DNA of 35,944 nucleotides, taken from the NCBI GenBank assembly GCA_963582255.1, contig CAUZRD010000002.1:1-35944 (forward strand), in the 5' to 3' direction. Below the pieces are notes generated by a model. That model was not told the origin of the DNA. It was given only the letters and a program-made list of their open reading frames with translations, and searched no databases. Below are positions 1 through 9,794 of the stretch, piece by piece. Each line of letters begins with the position of its first letter. Within the stretch, counting starts at the first letter, position 1. The DNA comes from Alphaproteobacteria bacterium (GTDB lineage: Bacteria > Pseudomonadota > Alphaproteobacteria > Rhizobiales > TMED25). Made by a program: the position numbers and the translations under genes.

Positions 1-120
1 GATACTCTTGATTTCCTGCAAGGCGGCGATGTCAGGTTCTGTTTGTCGTAACCAGTCCAGAACGGTTTCGAGACGTGCTTTGATTCCGTTTATATTCCAG
101 GTTGCTACGGTCAGACTCAT
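1..120 (-). CDS. xthA: Exodeoxyribonuclease III, N-terminal 40 codons only (gene runs off the window start)
   Basis: Hand translation of the minus strand from the ATG at 120-118 gives MSLTVATWNINGIKARLETVLDWLRQTEPDIAALQEIKSI. This is the typical ExoIII/AP-endonuclease N-terminus (W/FNINGhRAR ... PDhhxLQE.K). It is too short to appear in the ORF track. Confidence 0.8.
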   Translation of the reverse strand, partial: MSLTVATWNINGIKARLETVLDWLRQTEPDIAALQEIKSI

Positions 121-121
121 T

Positions 122-469
122 TCAGATTGAAAAGCTGGTTCCGCAACCGCAGGCAGCGGTGGCATTTGGATTTTTTATTTGGAATGAGGCACCGATCAGT
201 TCATCCACATAATCAATTTCTGCACCTGCCAGAAACCGTATTGATTCGGAATCAATGGCAACCATCGCGCCCTCGCGCACGATCACGATGTCATCGTCAT
301 TGGTGGTCTTTTCCAGATTAAAAGTGTACTGAAAACCTGAACAGCCGCCTCCGATCACACCTATGCGCAGAATTTTGGTATCATCTTCGCTCAGTACGAT
401 CTCGGTGATGCGCCGTGCCGCGCGTTCTGATAATGTGACAATCTCTGCGTCGGTTCCAGAGTCGGTCAT
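122..469 (-). CDS. erpA: Iron-sulfur cluster insertion protein, HesB/IscA/ErpA family
   Basis: The ORF spans 122..541. It has the family signature GGGCSGFQY and C-terminal CGCGTSFSI. I place the start at internal Met25 (MTDSGTD...), which gives the usual ~115 aa. The stop lies 1 nt before the xthA start. Confidence 0.85.
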   Translation of the reverse strand: MTDSGTDAEIVTLSERAARRITEIVLSEDDTKILRIGVIGGGCSGFQYTFNLEKTTNDDDIVIVREGAMVAIDSESIRFLAGAEIDYVDELIGASFQIKNPNATAACGCGTSFSI

Positions 470-547
470 TGTTTGCTCCGTTGATCTGGCAATTAAGCCG
501 GGAGTTAAGTCTGATATCAGTAGCCGCGACTGTCCTCTCAATCAACT

Positions 548-1768
548 ATGATAGGCAAGAGGAAATCAAGTTTGATGAATAAACACGTTCTTGCTCCATA
601 TGCGTGTCGTTTGTCGTGTTCGCGCGGACGTTTCATTGCGGAGGAAGAAAGCCAAACTAGGTCAGATTATCAACGTGACCGCGATCGTATCATACATTCA
701 TCTGCGTTTCGCCGGTTAGCCCACAAAACACAAGTTTTTGTTTATCACGAAGGTGATCACTATCGTACACGGCTTACTCATAGCCTCGAAGTCTCGCAAA
801 TCGCACGCTCGATAACTCGCTCGTTGGGTGGGGATGAAGATCTCGCCGAAGCGCTGGCGCTTGCCCACGACTTGGGTCACACGCCCTTCGGTCATGTCGG
901 AGAGGAGGCACTTGATGGATCGATGGCCAATTTTGGCGGGTTTGATCATAATGCCCAGTCGGTGCGTATAGTCACTCGTCTGGAAAAACGCTATGCCGCT
1001 TTCGACGGATTAAATTTAACTTGGGAAACACTCGAAGGTCTGGTCAAACACAATGGGCCGCTGACCGGCCCCAATTCCAGACAGAGAATCAGCGAAGGTC
1101 AATTGCCCCACGCTATCGCAGTGGTCGCCCGAGATATTGATCTTCATCTTGATAAATTTACCAGTTTAGAAGCCCAGATATCGGCTATTTCAGATGATAT
1201 TGCCTACAACAATCACGACATCGATGATGGTATCCGCGCCGGTTTGTTCGATCTTGACGATTTACGTTCTATCGATCTAGTTAGGGATATAATCCTGGAG
1301 GTGGAACGCTTGGAAGGTGCAAGTGATTCCACGCGCAAAGTGCATGAGATGATGCGCCGCCTAATGAGCGCGATGGTTGACGATGTGACTAGGCAGGCCC
1401 GCAAATCACTAGAAAAACTGAGGGCGGCTTGCGCTGATGATATCCGTGCTGCGTCGGCACCGATTGTGACTTTTTCAACTGAATTTAGCTCCCAGATCGA
1501 GGTATTGCGAGATTTTTTATTCAATCACATGTACTTTCACGATGAGGTTCGGGAAACCCGAGAAATCGCCGGGCTAATTGTTGTTAAACTGTTTGATCTT
1601 TATATGAATAGGCTGGAACTGCTTCCCACTGAATGGCGAGCTGGTCTGACATCTGGAGAAACTGAATCGACAGCCCGTCGCGTTGCCGATTTTATCGCTG
1701 GCATGACTGATCGTTTTGCTGTTCGCCAACATAATACCTGGTTTGCACCGATATCCAATTTCGGCTAG
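548..1768 (+). CDS. dgt: dGTP triphosphohydrolase-like HD-domain protein
   Basis: Contains QRDRDRIIHSSAFRRL, HSLEVSQIARS and AHDLGHTPFGH motifs (HD phosphohydrolase, Dgt family). An alternative start is the ATG at 575 (MNKHVLAPYA...), which is preceded by AGAGGA. Confidence 0.9.
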   Translation: MIGKRKSSLMNKHVLAPYACRLSCSRGRFIAEEESQTRSDYQRDRDRIIHSSAFRRLAHKTQVFVYHEGDHYRTRLTHSLEVSQIARSITRSLGGDEDLAEALALAHDLGHTPFGHVGEEALDGSMANFGGFDHNAQSVRIVTRLEKRYAAFDGLNLTWETLEGLVKHNGPLTGPNSRQRISEGQLPHAIAVVARDIDLHLDKFTSLEAQISAISDDIAYNNHDIDDGIRAGLFDLDDLRSIDLVRDIILEVERLEGASDSTRKVHEMMRRLMSAMVDDVTRQARKSLEKLRAACADDIRAASAPIVTFSTEFSSQIEVLRDFLFNHMYFHDEVRETREIAGLIVVKLFDLYMNRLELLPTEWRAGLTSGETESTARRVADFIAGMTDRFAVRQHNTWFAPISNFG

Positions 1769-1804
1769 AGACTAAAAACAACGCTTATTGAAGATCTTCG
1801 ACCC

Positions 1805-3571
1805 ATGAAATCCAACATTTTTTCCCTTTATGAAACCGTATTGCGCGAGGCGTGTGCACAGCTTGCCAGCAGCGGTGAGCTGCCGGAAGGCCTTGATACA
1901 TCGCGCATAACCGCCGAAGAGCCGCGGGAAATCGAACATGGAGATATCGCCACCAACGTGGCACTGGTTCTGGCCAAACCCGCTGGCCTCAAACCGCGTG
2001 ACTTAGCTGAGAAATTAGCTGCGAAGCTGGAACAACGTGAAGAGATTGTTTCGGTCGATATTGCAGGGCCGGGCTTTATCAATCTCAAACTCAGCAAATC
2101 TGCCTGGCACGAAATACTGCTTGTCGCACTACGTGAAGGCGAAAGGTTCGGCAAAGCAACATTAGGACAAGGCAATGCAGTGAATATCGAATATGTTTCG
2201 GCCAATCCGACCGGCCCACTCCATGTTGGCCATTGCCGCGGCGCGGTCGTTGGCGATGCGTTGGCAAATCTTCTTGAGCATGCCGGATATGCGGTAACTC
2301 GTGAATATTACATCAATGATGCGGGCACCCAGATAAAAATGCTGTCTCAATCCGTGTACCTTCGCTATCGAGAGGCATTGGGCGAGGATATTGGCGAGAT
2401 TCCTTCCGGGCTCTATCCAGGCGACTATCTCAAGCCTGTGGGAGAGGCGCTTGCTAAAAAGTATGGAGATAGCTTTCTGGACCAGGAGGAGAAGGAGTGG
2501 TTCCCCATCATCTCCGAAGCAACAGTCGCAGCTATGATGGAAAATATACGTCAGGACCTTGCTGTTCTGTCCATCCACCATGACGAGTTTTTTTCTGAGC
2601 GCACATTGTCTGCTTCCAGCAACGATATTACCGGCAAGACCATCGACATGTTGCGCGCGCGCGATCTGGTCTATGACGGACGTCTGCCCCCGCCCAAGGG
2701 TCAGCCGAGTAAAGATTGGGAAGATCGTGAGCAGACCCTCTTTCGCTCTTCCCAGTTTGGCGATGATGTTGATCGGCCACTGATAAAATCGGATGGAACC
2801 TACACATATTTCGCCTCTGATATTGCCTATCATCAAAGCAAGTTTGACCGAGGATTTCCGTTGATGATCGATGTTTGGGGTGCCGACCATGGCGGCTACG
2901 TCAAGCGGATGCAGGCCGCAGTAACCGCGACAACCGAGAATCGTGGTGTTCTCGATGTAAAACTTTGTCAAATGGTGCGGCTATTTCGCGATGGTAAGCC
3001 TTACAAAATGTCAAAACGTGCGGGCGAGTTTGTGACTCTGCGCGATGTTGTCGATGAAGTTGGTGCCGATGCCGTCCGCTTCATGATGCTCTATCGGAGG
3101 AATGATGCGACGCTTGACTTTGATTTCATCAAAGTCGCCGAGCAGTCGCGAGATAACCCTGTATTTTATGTACAATACGCCTACGCACGCATCAATTCAG
3201 TTTTCCGGAACGCGGCTGAGCTATTGCCAGAATTTTCTCCGCGCACAATCTCTATTGATGCTCTCGATATCTCCTGTTTACAGCATGAATCAGAAATAAA
3301 ACTCATCAAGCGGTTAGCCCATTACCCAAAGATTATTGAGGCAGCAGCCCGAGTCCATGAGCCCCACCGCATAGCGTTTTATCTCTATGAACTTGCCAGC
3401 GATTTTCATGCCCTATGGAATCGAGGCAAAGAGTTGCCATATTTACGGTTTATTGATGCTGATCAGGTCGACTGTACAAAAGTGCGGCTGGCCATGTTGA
3501 GCGTGGTAGCCTATGTTTTAAAGGACGGATTGGGTGTGCTGGGAGTAAGCGCTCCCATGGAGATGCAGTAG
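1805..3571 (+). CDS. argS: Arginine--tRNA ligase
   Basis: 588 aa. Class I signatures are PTGPLHVGH (HIGH) and KMSKRAG (KMSKS). It also has the ArgRS-type N-terminal and DALR anticodon-binding regions. Confidence 0.95.
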   Translation: MKSNIFSLYETVLREACAQLASSGELPEGLDTSRITAEEPREIEHGDIATNVALVLAKPAGLKPRDLAEKLAAKLEQREEIVSVDIAGPGFINLKLSKSAWHEILLVALREGERFGKATLGQGNAVNIEYVSANPTGPLHVGHCRGAVVGDALANLLEHAGYAVTREYYINDAGTQIKMLSQSVYLRYREALGEDIGEIPSGLYPGDYLKPVGEALAKKYGDSFLDQEEKEWFPIISEATVAAMMENIRQDLAVLSIHHDEFFSERTLSASSNDITGKTIDMLRARDLVYDGRLPPPKGQPSKDWEDREQTLFRSSQFGDDVDRPLIKSDGTYTYFASDIAYHQSKFDRGFPLMIDVWGADHGGYVKRMQAAVTATTENRGVLDVKLCQMVRLFRDGKPYKMSKRAGEFVTLRDVVDEVGADAVRFMMLYRRNDATLDFDFIKVAEQSRDNPVFYVQYAYARINSVFRNAAELLPEFSPRTISIDALDISCLQHESEIKLIKRLAHYPKIIEAAARVHEPHRIAFYLYELASDFHALWNRGKELPYLRFIDADQVDCTKVRLAMLSVVAYVLKDGLGVLGVSAPMEMQ

Positions 3572-3635
3572 CCAGGTTTGGCGATCGGTTGATGTCGCTT
3601 TTCCGGCCGATCGTGAAAAGTTAGGTTCATTGACC

Positions 3636-4904
3636 ATGAGTGAAAAATATAGGAATAAATCCTCCGCAACCCGCGGCAAACATCTGTATGACGCCTATGA
3701 GGCGGATGTTGGGCGCCCATATGATTCTTTCTCCGATCTTTATGACGATTTCGAGGGCAGCCGGAGCAAAACACCTTTTGTAATCATCGGTGCATTGCTA
3801 GCGGTCGCGATCGTCGGTGGGGGTGTGGCATTTGTCTATATGACTGGTGCTAGTGATGGTAACGATGGGCCGGCCGTGGTGCTTGCGGAACGTACGCCGA
3901 CCAAAGTTGACCCAGAAGATCCGGGCGGTATAAAAATTCCCCATCAGGATCGACAGATTTATGAAAGTGTTTCTGGACAACGATCGTCGATCGTAGCCAA
4001 TGAAGATAATCTTTCCAAGCCCGACTCTGTGAATACGGTTGAAGTCCGGAGCCAGGAGGAAGAACTGAACAGAGCTGGATTTTCCCCGAAAGGCGAGGCT
4101 GGTGCCGAATTGAAGAACGCCCGACTCAATAATGATTTGCCTCTGACAATCGGTGCTTTGGCAAACCGCAATATTGAAAACATTCCTTCTTTGAATTCTT
4201 CAGTGGAATTTCCGCCAACAGTGCCGGCCATGCCAATCTTGTCGGCTGAACCCTTGTCAGAGCTACCCAAAGAGTTCCCAACGGGCATATTTAAGCCGCG
4301 TCGTGTTCAGACTGTGACGATCGGTGCCGATGGCTCGATTATCACCAATGACACCCCAGAAACCTTGAATGTTGTTGATGGGGCAAGAAACGTGCGCACA
4401 TTGACAACACTGCCGGCGGAGGTCCCCCCCCTGTCCGAGGTAATTTCTGACGGTTCCGATGTCGGTGCTGGCTCGATTCTATCAGCTGTAGTAGACCAAA
4501 AAAAACTAGCCGAACAGACGGCATTTTTTTCCCCATCGCCTCGACCCAGACCGCGCCCAATAACACGTCTTGCAGCACGAACACCTGCAGCGGCTGCAGT
4601 AAGACCAAAAATCCCGGCCGCTGCTACCTCGGCCGCCTCAGCCAGAGCCCTTGTAGGCTTTGCCGTTCAGGTGGCAGCTTATCGTGAGCAGGCTGAAGCG
4701 GTTGAACTGTTTGCAGATTTACGGCAGCGCTACCCCGGTCTAATTTCTGGTCTACAACCGCTCATACAGCGGGCTGAAATTCCTGGAAAGGGTATCTACT
4801 ACCGATTAAGGATTGGCCCTGTGGCTGACAAGGGGGATGCCAAGCAGTTGTGCGCGTCACTGAAGAATGCCGGATGGGCAGGCTGCCTTGTGAAGTCGCT
4901 CTAG
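3636..4904 (+). CDS. SPOR (peptidoglycan-binding) domain membrane protein
   Basis: One TM segment (FVIIGALLAVAIVGGGVAFVYM), a long low-complexity Pro/Ala linker, and a C-terminal SPOR-like domain (FAVQVAAYREQAEAVELF...YYRLRIGPVADKGDAKQLCASLKNAG). The ORF opens at a TTG at 3630; the ATG at 3636 is the more likely start. Confidence 0.8.
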   Translation: MSEKYRNKSSATRGKHLYDAYEADVGRPYDSFSDLYDDFEGSRSKTPFVIIGALLAVAIVGGGVAFVYMTGASDGNDGPAVVLAERTPTKVDPEDPGGIKIPHQDRQIYESVSGQRSSIVANEDNLSKPDSVNTVEVRSQEEELNRAGFSPKGEAGAELKNARLNNDLPLTIGALANRNIENIPSLNSSVEFPPTVPAMPILSAEPLSELPKEFPTGIFKPRRVQTVTIGADGSIITNDTPETLNVVDGARNVRTLTTLPAEVPPLSEVISDGSDVGAGSILSAVVDQKKLAEQTAFFSPSPRPRPRPITRLAARTPAAAAVRPKIPAAATSAASARALVGFAVQVAAYREQAEAVELFADLRQRYPGLISGLQPLIQRAEIPGKGIYYRLRIGPVADKGDAKQLCASLKNAGWAGCLVKSL

Positions 4905-4942
4905 CGGCGATTATCATTATTTGAACTAATCAACGGTCTAAT

Positions 4943-5959
4943 ATGGCACCACGTGCTCTAATCGTAGGCTTTGCGGGATCTGAGTTGACAGTTGCGGATA
5001 GTGCATATCTTGCCGATGTTGAGCCTTGGGGCGTCATTATTTTTGCCCGCAATGTGGTAGATCGAGATCAGCTTACAAACCTCACAGGCCAGATCCGTGA
5101 GTGCCTTGCACGTCCTGATGCCCCGATTTTTGTCGACCAAGAGGGTGGGCGAGTTCAACGATTAAGTCCTCCTGAATGGATCTCCTATCCTCCGGCGGCG
5201 GATATAGCAGATTGCTATGACGACAATCACGAGAAGGGATTAGAGGCAGCCTATCTATGTGGGCGGTTGATCTCGCATGATCTCAACGAAGTCGGGATTA
5301 CGTCACCCTGCCTGCCAGTGCTTGACGTTCCGGTTGATCATGCTGATCCTGTCATTGGTACGCGCGCATATGGATTAAACGCTCGGACTGTGACGGCTCT
5401 TGCGTGGGCAGCTGCATACGGTGTGGCTGAAGGAGGTTGCCTGCCGGTCGTCAAACATATTCCCGGCCATGGCCGGGCATTGTGTGATAGTCACCACGCA
5501 TTGCCGTGTGTTGATACGGATCATAAAACCCTCGTTGCTTCTGACTTTGAACCCTTCAGGCTGTTGAATTCTCTACCGATCGCGATGACCGGCCACGTTG
5601 TCTTTAGTGAATATGATCGGGAGCAGCCAGCAACTCTTTCCCGCACTATAATTAGAAAAGTGATTCGTGAACTTATTGGCTTTGATGGGTTGCTGATGAC
5701 CGATGATATATCGATGAATGCGCTCGGAGGTGCAATTGATACGCGCGCCTCCAGTGCGTTGGCGGCAGGGTGCGATGTTATACTTCATTGCAATGGTGAT
5801 GCGTATGAAATGGCGGAGCTTGCCGAGTGTGTGAATGAATTATCTGGCCGGGCGTTAGAGCGGGCTGAGCTTGCACTAAAAACCCGGCGAGAACCGGATG
5901 TTTTTGATGTGGGAGCCGCCCGAGCGCGCCTATCGGATCTTTTGAGTGATTGGAATTAA
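4943..5959 (+). CDS. nagZ: Beta-N-acetylhexosaminidase (GH3, peptidoglycan recycling)
   Basis: 338 aa with FVDQEGGRVQRL, the KHIPGHGRALCDSH catalytic motif, and DDISM. Confidence 0.9.
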   Translation: MAPRALIVGFAGSELTVADSAYLADVEPWGVIIFARNVVDRDQLTNLTGQIRECLARPDAPIFVDQEGGRVQRLSPPEWISYPPAADIADCYDDNHEKGLEAAYLCGRLISHDLNEVGITSPCLPVLDVPVDHADPVIGTRAYGLNARTVTALAWAAAYGVAEGGCLPVVKHIPGHGRALCDSHHALPCVDTDHKTLVASDFEPFRLLNSLPIAMTGHVVFSEYDREQPATLSRTIIRKVIRELIGFDGLLMTDDISMNALGGAIDTRASSALAAGCDVILHCNGDAYEMAELAECVNELSGRALERAELALKTRREPDVFDVGAARARLSDLLSDWN

Positions 5960-6822
5960 GTCCCGTGACCAATGAAGATGATGCCGTAATATTGTCCAAT
6001 GAATCTGTGGTCAATATTGATTTTCCCCCGAGCCCCGTTAACAGTCAAGCTCTTTTGGTTGATGTTGATGGTTATGAAGGCCCACTAGATCTTCTTCTGG
6101 CTCTTGCTAGGGTACGAAAGATTGATATTACTCGCATTTCCATTCTGGATCTGGCTGAGCAATACCTCCTGTTCATCCATGATCTGAATAAGGTACGCAT
6201 CGAGATAGCTGCAGATTATCTCGTGATGGCAGCTTGGCTTGCTTATCTCAAAAGTAAGCTGTTGTTACCAGAAGAAGATGCAGAGGAGGGACCGTCGGGT
6301 AAAGAACTTTCTGCGCGTCTTGCTTTCCGACTTCAGAGACTTCAGGCAATGCGTAATGTTGGCGCCGCATTATTCGCTCGCAATTTGCTGGGTCGCGATG
6401 TGTTCGTTCGCGGCTCTCCAGAAGGGATACACGTTATAAAATCGTCGAAATTTAAAGCTAGTATCTATGATCTTCTTACTGCCTATGCGACCCGGCGCGC
6501 AGTCAATGTCGCGCATAAAATTAGGTTCCGAAAATTGCCCGTAATTTCGATCAAGGAAGCCCGTGTACGGCTAGAGCGGCTTGTCGGCAATCTTGACGAT
6601 TGGACCACGCTCAACATTTTACTGGGCGAGCATCTGGTTGATGATGAGACGCGCCAAAGTGTGATTGCGAGTTCTTTTACCGCGACGCTGGAAATGGTCC
6701 GTGAAGGTGCAATAGAGCTGCGCCAGACGGAGCACTACGATCAGCTGTTCATTCGCCGAAAACCAAAGCCAGACCAAGACCAAGACCAAGACTATCATCT
6801 TGATATGCGAGGGCAATTGTGA
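5950..6822 (+). CDS. scpA: Segregation and condensation protein A (kleisin)
   Basis: YEGPLDLLLALARVRKIDITRISILDLAEQYL is the ScpA signature. The start is uncertain: TTG at 5950 overlaps the nagZ stop, and an in-frame GTG lies at 5965. The stop overlaps the scpB start (GTGA). Confidence 0.88.
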   Translation: MELSPVTNEDDAVILSNESVVNIDFPPSPVNSQALLVDVDGYEGPLDLLLALARVRKIDITRISILDLAEQYLLFIHDLNKVRIEIAADYLVMAAWLAYLKSKLLLPEEDAEEGPSGKELSARLAFRLQRLQAMRNVGAALFARNLLGRDVFVRGSPEGIHVIKSSKFKASIYDLLTAYATRRAVNVAHKIRFRKLPVISIKEARVRLERLVGNLDDWTTLNILLGEHLVDDETRQSVIASSFTATLEMVREGAIELRQTEHYDQLFIRRKPKPDQDQDQDYHLDMRGQL

Positions 6823-7565
6823 GTGAGAATAAGTACTCTAGGGATTTTTCTGCAAACACTGCGCAGATCCGTGAGTTTCAAAATCTAGTCGGAGAGACAT
6901 CTGTTGCCGGCGAGCTTCCTTTAAACGCGGAGGTGTTGACCGGAACGGAGCACATTGAAAAGTTGCGGATTATTGAGGCAGTGCTATTTGCCGCCAGCGA
7001 ACCACTGGATGATGTAACTTTGGCAGAGAGATTGCCCGAAGGAGCAGATGTTGATGGCCTGGTGCGTGAACTTGCCGCTTTTTATTCTACCAGAGGGGTG
7101 AATCTTGTGCGTGTGGCAGGCAAGTGGAGCTTTCGCACCGCCGAGGATCTTGCGTTTGTTATGCGCCGCGAGGCGATAGTGGTTAAACGGTTATCGCGTC
7201 CGGCAGTGGAAACCCTTGCTATCATCGCTTATCACCAGCCCACCACCCGGGCTGAAATTGAGGATGTGCGCGGGGTGGCGGTCTCTAAAGGTACAATTGA
7301 TGTGCTGATGGAAGCGGGTTGGGTTCATATCAAGGGGCGGCGCCAGACCCCCGGACGTCCGGTGACATTTGGTACGACTGATGAATTTTTAAACTATTTT
7401 GGACTTGAGTCGGTGAAGGATTTGCCGGGTGTTGATGAATTAAAATCTGCAGGCCTCCTGAGATCAGAGCCACCAGTCGGCTATGATGTGCTAGACGGAC
7501 TGGAGGACGATGCTGATCGTGATGGTAACGTAGCAATAGATCTCGGTGAAATCACCGAAGATTGA
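6819..7565 (+). CDS. scpB: Segregation and condensation protein B
   Basis: IEAVLFAASEPL... and LETLAIIAYHQPTTRAEIEDVRGV are ScpB winged-helix motifs. The GTG start overlaps the scpA TGA. Confidence 0.9.
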   Translation: MSENKYSRDFSANTAQIREFQNLVGETSVAGELPLNAEVLTGTEHIEKLRIIEAVLFAASEPLDDVTLAERLPEGADVDGLVRELAAFYSTRGVNLVRVAGKWSFRTAEDLAFVMRREAIVVKRLSRPAVETLAIIAYHQPTTRAEIEDVRGVAVSKGTIDVLMEAGWVHIKGRRQTPGRPVTFGTTDEFLNYFGLESVKDLPGVDELKSAGLLRSEPPVGYDVLDGLEDDADRDGNVAIDLGEITED

Positions 7566-7735
7566 TGCTTCCTTGAGCTTGAGGAGAAAGTGAGTGGTTC
7601 AGTGCTGGATGATGCTAAAAATTCCTGCGATGATGAGGATGATTTACGCTTCGAACCGGCTGCGGGCTGAGGGTTATCAAGTCAGTCACAGGGTCATTTA
7701 TTAGTGATTGTTACACATCATCTGTTCTGTGAAAC

Positions 7736-8860
7736 TTGCACTCATGGGTCTTCATGACCAATTTACCACACATGACCATGCAAACTATCTCTCCGATACC
7801 AAACTTGGATTTAACCAAGGCTGGTGCCACTCTTACTTTTGATGGTATTTCTCGGCAGTTCGGAGGGTTGCACGCTGTTCGAAATGTTGATCTTGAGCTC
7901 TCTCCAGGTGAGATTTTGTGTCTACTCGGACCTTCTGGATGCGGTAAAACAACGCTTTTGCGTATTGCTGCGGGTCTTGAGCGCCAGAATAACGGGCGAG
8001 TGTTGATCGATGGTGAGGAGATAGCGGGTCCCAAGCGCTTTGTTCCCCCCGAAGAGCGTGGCATTGGTTTGATGTTTCAGGATTTTGCCCTATTCCCACA
8101 TCTTACGGTTGCTGAAAATGTTGCATTTGGTCTTTCTAACGGCCCCCAGAGTGATGATTCTACCAGGGTTTTTGTCGCCCTAGATCGGGTTGGGCTAAGT
8201 GGTTTAGCTGATGCCTATCCTCACACATTGTCGGGTGGAGAACAGCAGCGAGCCGCTCTGGCGCGCGCAATGGCGCCGCGCCCACGTGTTCTGCTGATGG
8301 ACGAACCTTTTTCTGGTCTCGACCGGTCGCTTAGGCAAAGCGTGCGCGACGATACTCTAACTATATTAAAAGAAAATGGGGCCTCTAGCATCCTGGTGAC
8401 TCACGATCCTGAAGAAGCGATGACAACGGCCGATAGGATTGTACTCATGAGATCGGGATGCTTGGCTCAGGTTGGTGCGCCCGGTGAGCTTTATAACCAT
8501 CCGGTTGATGCTGAGGCAATGCGCTTTTTTTCCGAAGTCAACGAGTTCCAGTCAGTGGTCGTCATGGGCGAAGTTCAAACGCCTCTCGGCAGTTATTCTT
8601 GCGTCGACATTTCCGGTGGGACAGAAGTGGTGATCCTGATCCGTGTGCATGAGATAGGCATATCGACATCCCAAAATGGTGTCGCAGCACAATTAATCCG
8701 AACGCGCTTTATCGGAGAATTCACCCAGATCGATGCAGTTCTAGGCGAAAGCGGTGATCCGATCAGGCTATGCGTTCCTGGGTTGTTTGAATGTCCTGAG
8801 GGCGGTGTGGTGCACGTTGAAACCAAACCAGAAGCTGCGCACGTCTTCGTAGCCGGCTAA
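7736..8860 (+). CDS. ABC transporter ATP-binding protein, FbpC/PotA-like (Fe3+/polyamine importer type), with no partner genes nearby
   Basis: Walker A GPSGCGKTT, signature LSGGEQQRAALARA, Walker B LLMDEPFSGLD, and a TOBE-like C-terminal extension. The real start is probably internal (ATG at 7772 or 7778). Confidence 0.85.
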   Translation: MHSWVFMTNLPHMTMQTISPIPNLDLTKAGATLTFDGISRQFGGLHAVRNVDLELSPGEILCLLGPSGCGKTTLLRIAAGLERQNNGRVLIDGEEIAGPKRFVPPEERGIGLMFQDFALFPHLTVAENVAFGLSNGPQSDDSTRVFVALDRVGLSGLADAYPHTLSGGEQQRAALARAMAPRPRVLLMDEPFSGLDRSLRQSVRDDTLTILKENGASSILVTHDPEEAMTTADRIVLMRSGCLAQVGAPGELYNHPVDAEAMRFFSEVNEFQSVVVMGEVQTPLGSYSCVDISGGTEVVILIRVHEIGISTSQNGVAAQLIRTRFIGEFTQIDAVLGESGDPIRLCVPGLFECPEGGVVHVETKPEAAHVFVAG

Positions 8861-8967
8861 TATTTTCATTCCGTTCAATCTAACTACCCTCGTCTGTTCA
8901 TTGTGTCTTGCCTTTGATTTTGCAATAGTGACCCAATGAGTACTGATGCGCATATGGAGTGTAGAGA

Positions 8968-9204
8968 ATGGTCCCGGGTTGGTTGCAAATACTTGTTGTT
9001 GTGATTCTCGCGCTGATGCTATTTGGCAGCCGCGGCAAGATTCCTGAGCTCATGGGTGATTTTGCCAAAGGCATCAAAAGCTTCAAGAAGGGAATGAAGG
9101 ACGAGGTTGCCGATGTTGTCGAAGAAGCCTCTGAAGCCAAATCCATCGATCACGAAAGTGAAGAGAAAGTCGGCAAAATTGCCAAGAAACATAAGGCAAG
9201 CTAA
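8968..9204 (+). CDS. tatA: Sec-independent translocase protein TatA
   Basis: 78 aa. It has an N-terminal TM helix followed by [26 protein letters not shown] (the TatA/E hinge and amphipathic helix). Confidence 0.9.
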   Translation: MVPGWLQILVVVILALMLFGSRGKIPELMGDFAKGIKSFKKGMKDEVADVVEEASEAKSIDHESEEKVGKIAKKHKAS

Positions 9205-9251
9205 GCCTCACTAGGTGTGATCTGGAATTTTAACTCAAAAAGTGATGGGTA

Positions 9252-9632
9252 ATGTTTGATCTTGGTTGGTCAGAACTGCTTTTGATCGCTGTAGTCGCGA
9301 TCGTTGTGGTCGGGCCCCACGATTTACCGCGAATGACGCGCACAGTGGGTCAATATGTGATCAAGATTCGCCGTATTGTTCAAGATCTGCAAAATCAGTT
9401 TAACGATGAGTTGGATAAGGCAAACTTGGACGAAGTGACTAAGGATATTGGCGAGTTGCGAAATCTCAATCCGGCGCGAAAATTCAGGAAAGAACTCACT
9501 AAGCCATTCAGATTTGCTGCCGATGAGCTGACAGGAAAAGTCAATAAAATTAACCAAGAAGGCGAGGCAGAGGACGAAAAAGCTGAGAACATTGCAGTTA
9601 GATTGAATGAGGAGAAACCTGATGGCTTTTAA
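9252..9632 (+). CDS. tatB: Sec-independent translocase protein TatB
   Basis: MFDLGWSELLLIAVVAIVVVGPHDLPRMTRTVG is the TatB N-terminus. It lies directly after tatA. Confidence 0.88.
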   Translation: MFDLGWSELLLIAVVAIVVVGPHDLPRMTRTVGQYVIKIRRIVQDLQNQFNDELDKANLDEVTKDIGELRNLNPARKFRKELTKPFRFAADELTGKVNKINQEGEAEDEKAENIAVRLNEEKPDGF

Positions 9633-9794
9633 TCTCTGTGCGAGCTATCGGTACTGCGGGGCCACGTGTGAAATGCCATGGAAAGGGCGTAATTTTAATA
9701 GGTCGAAGGCGCTAATCTCTTGGGTGTTGAGCAATCACGAGCCATGGCCGAGTCGTAAGTTTCGCATTCAGATGCTCAAACAGGCGATGTTGGC

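Noticed and set aside
2162-2971. 269-aa ORF antisense to argS. The same type of ORF occurs at 28615..29196, 29861..30295 and 30599..31246, antisense to the island transporter genes
   Set aside because: These lie entirely inside well-supported genes on the opposite strand. Long antisense ORFs of this kind are expected by chance, especially in the GC-rich island, and the products have no recognisable motifs.
7591-7671. 26-codon acidic GTG-initiated mini-ORF after scpB (VSGSVLDDAKNSCDDEDDLRFEPAAG)
   Set aside because: It is too short, there is no evidence of conservation, and the RBS-like GGAGAAAG is too close to the GTG. It cannot be supported from sequence alone.
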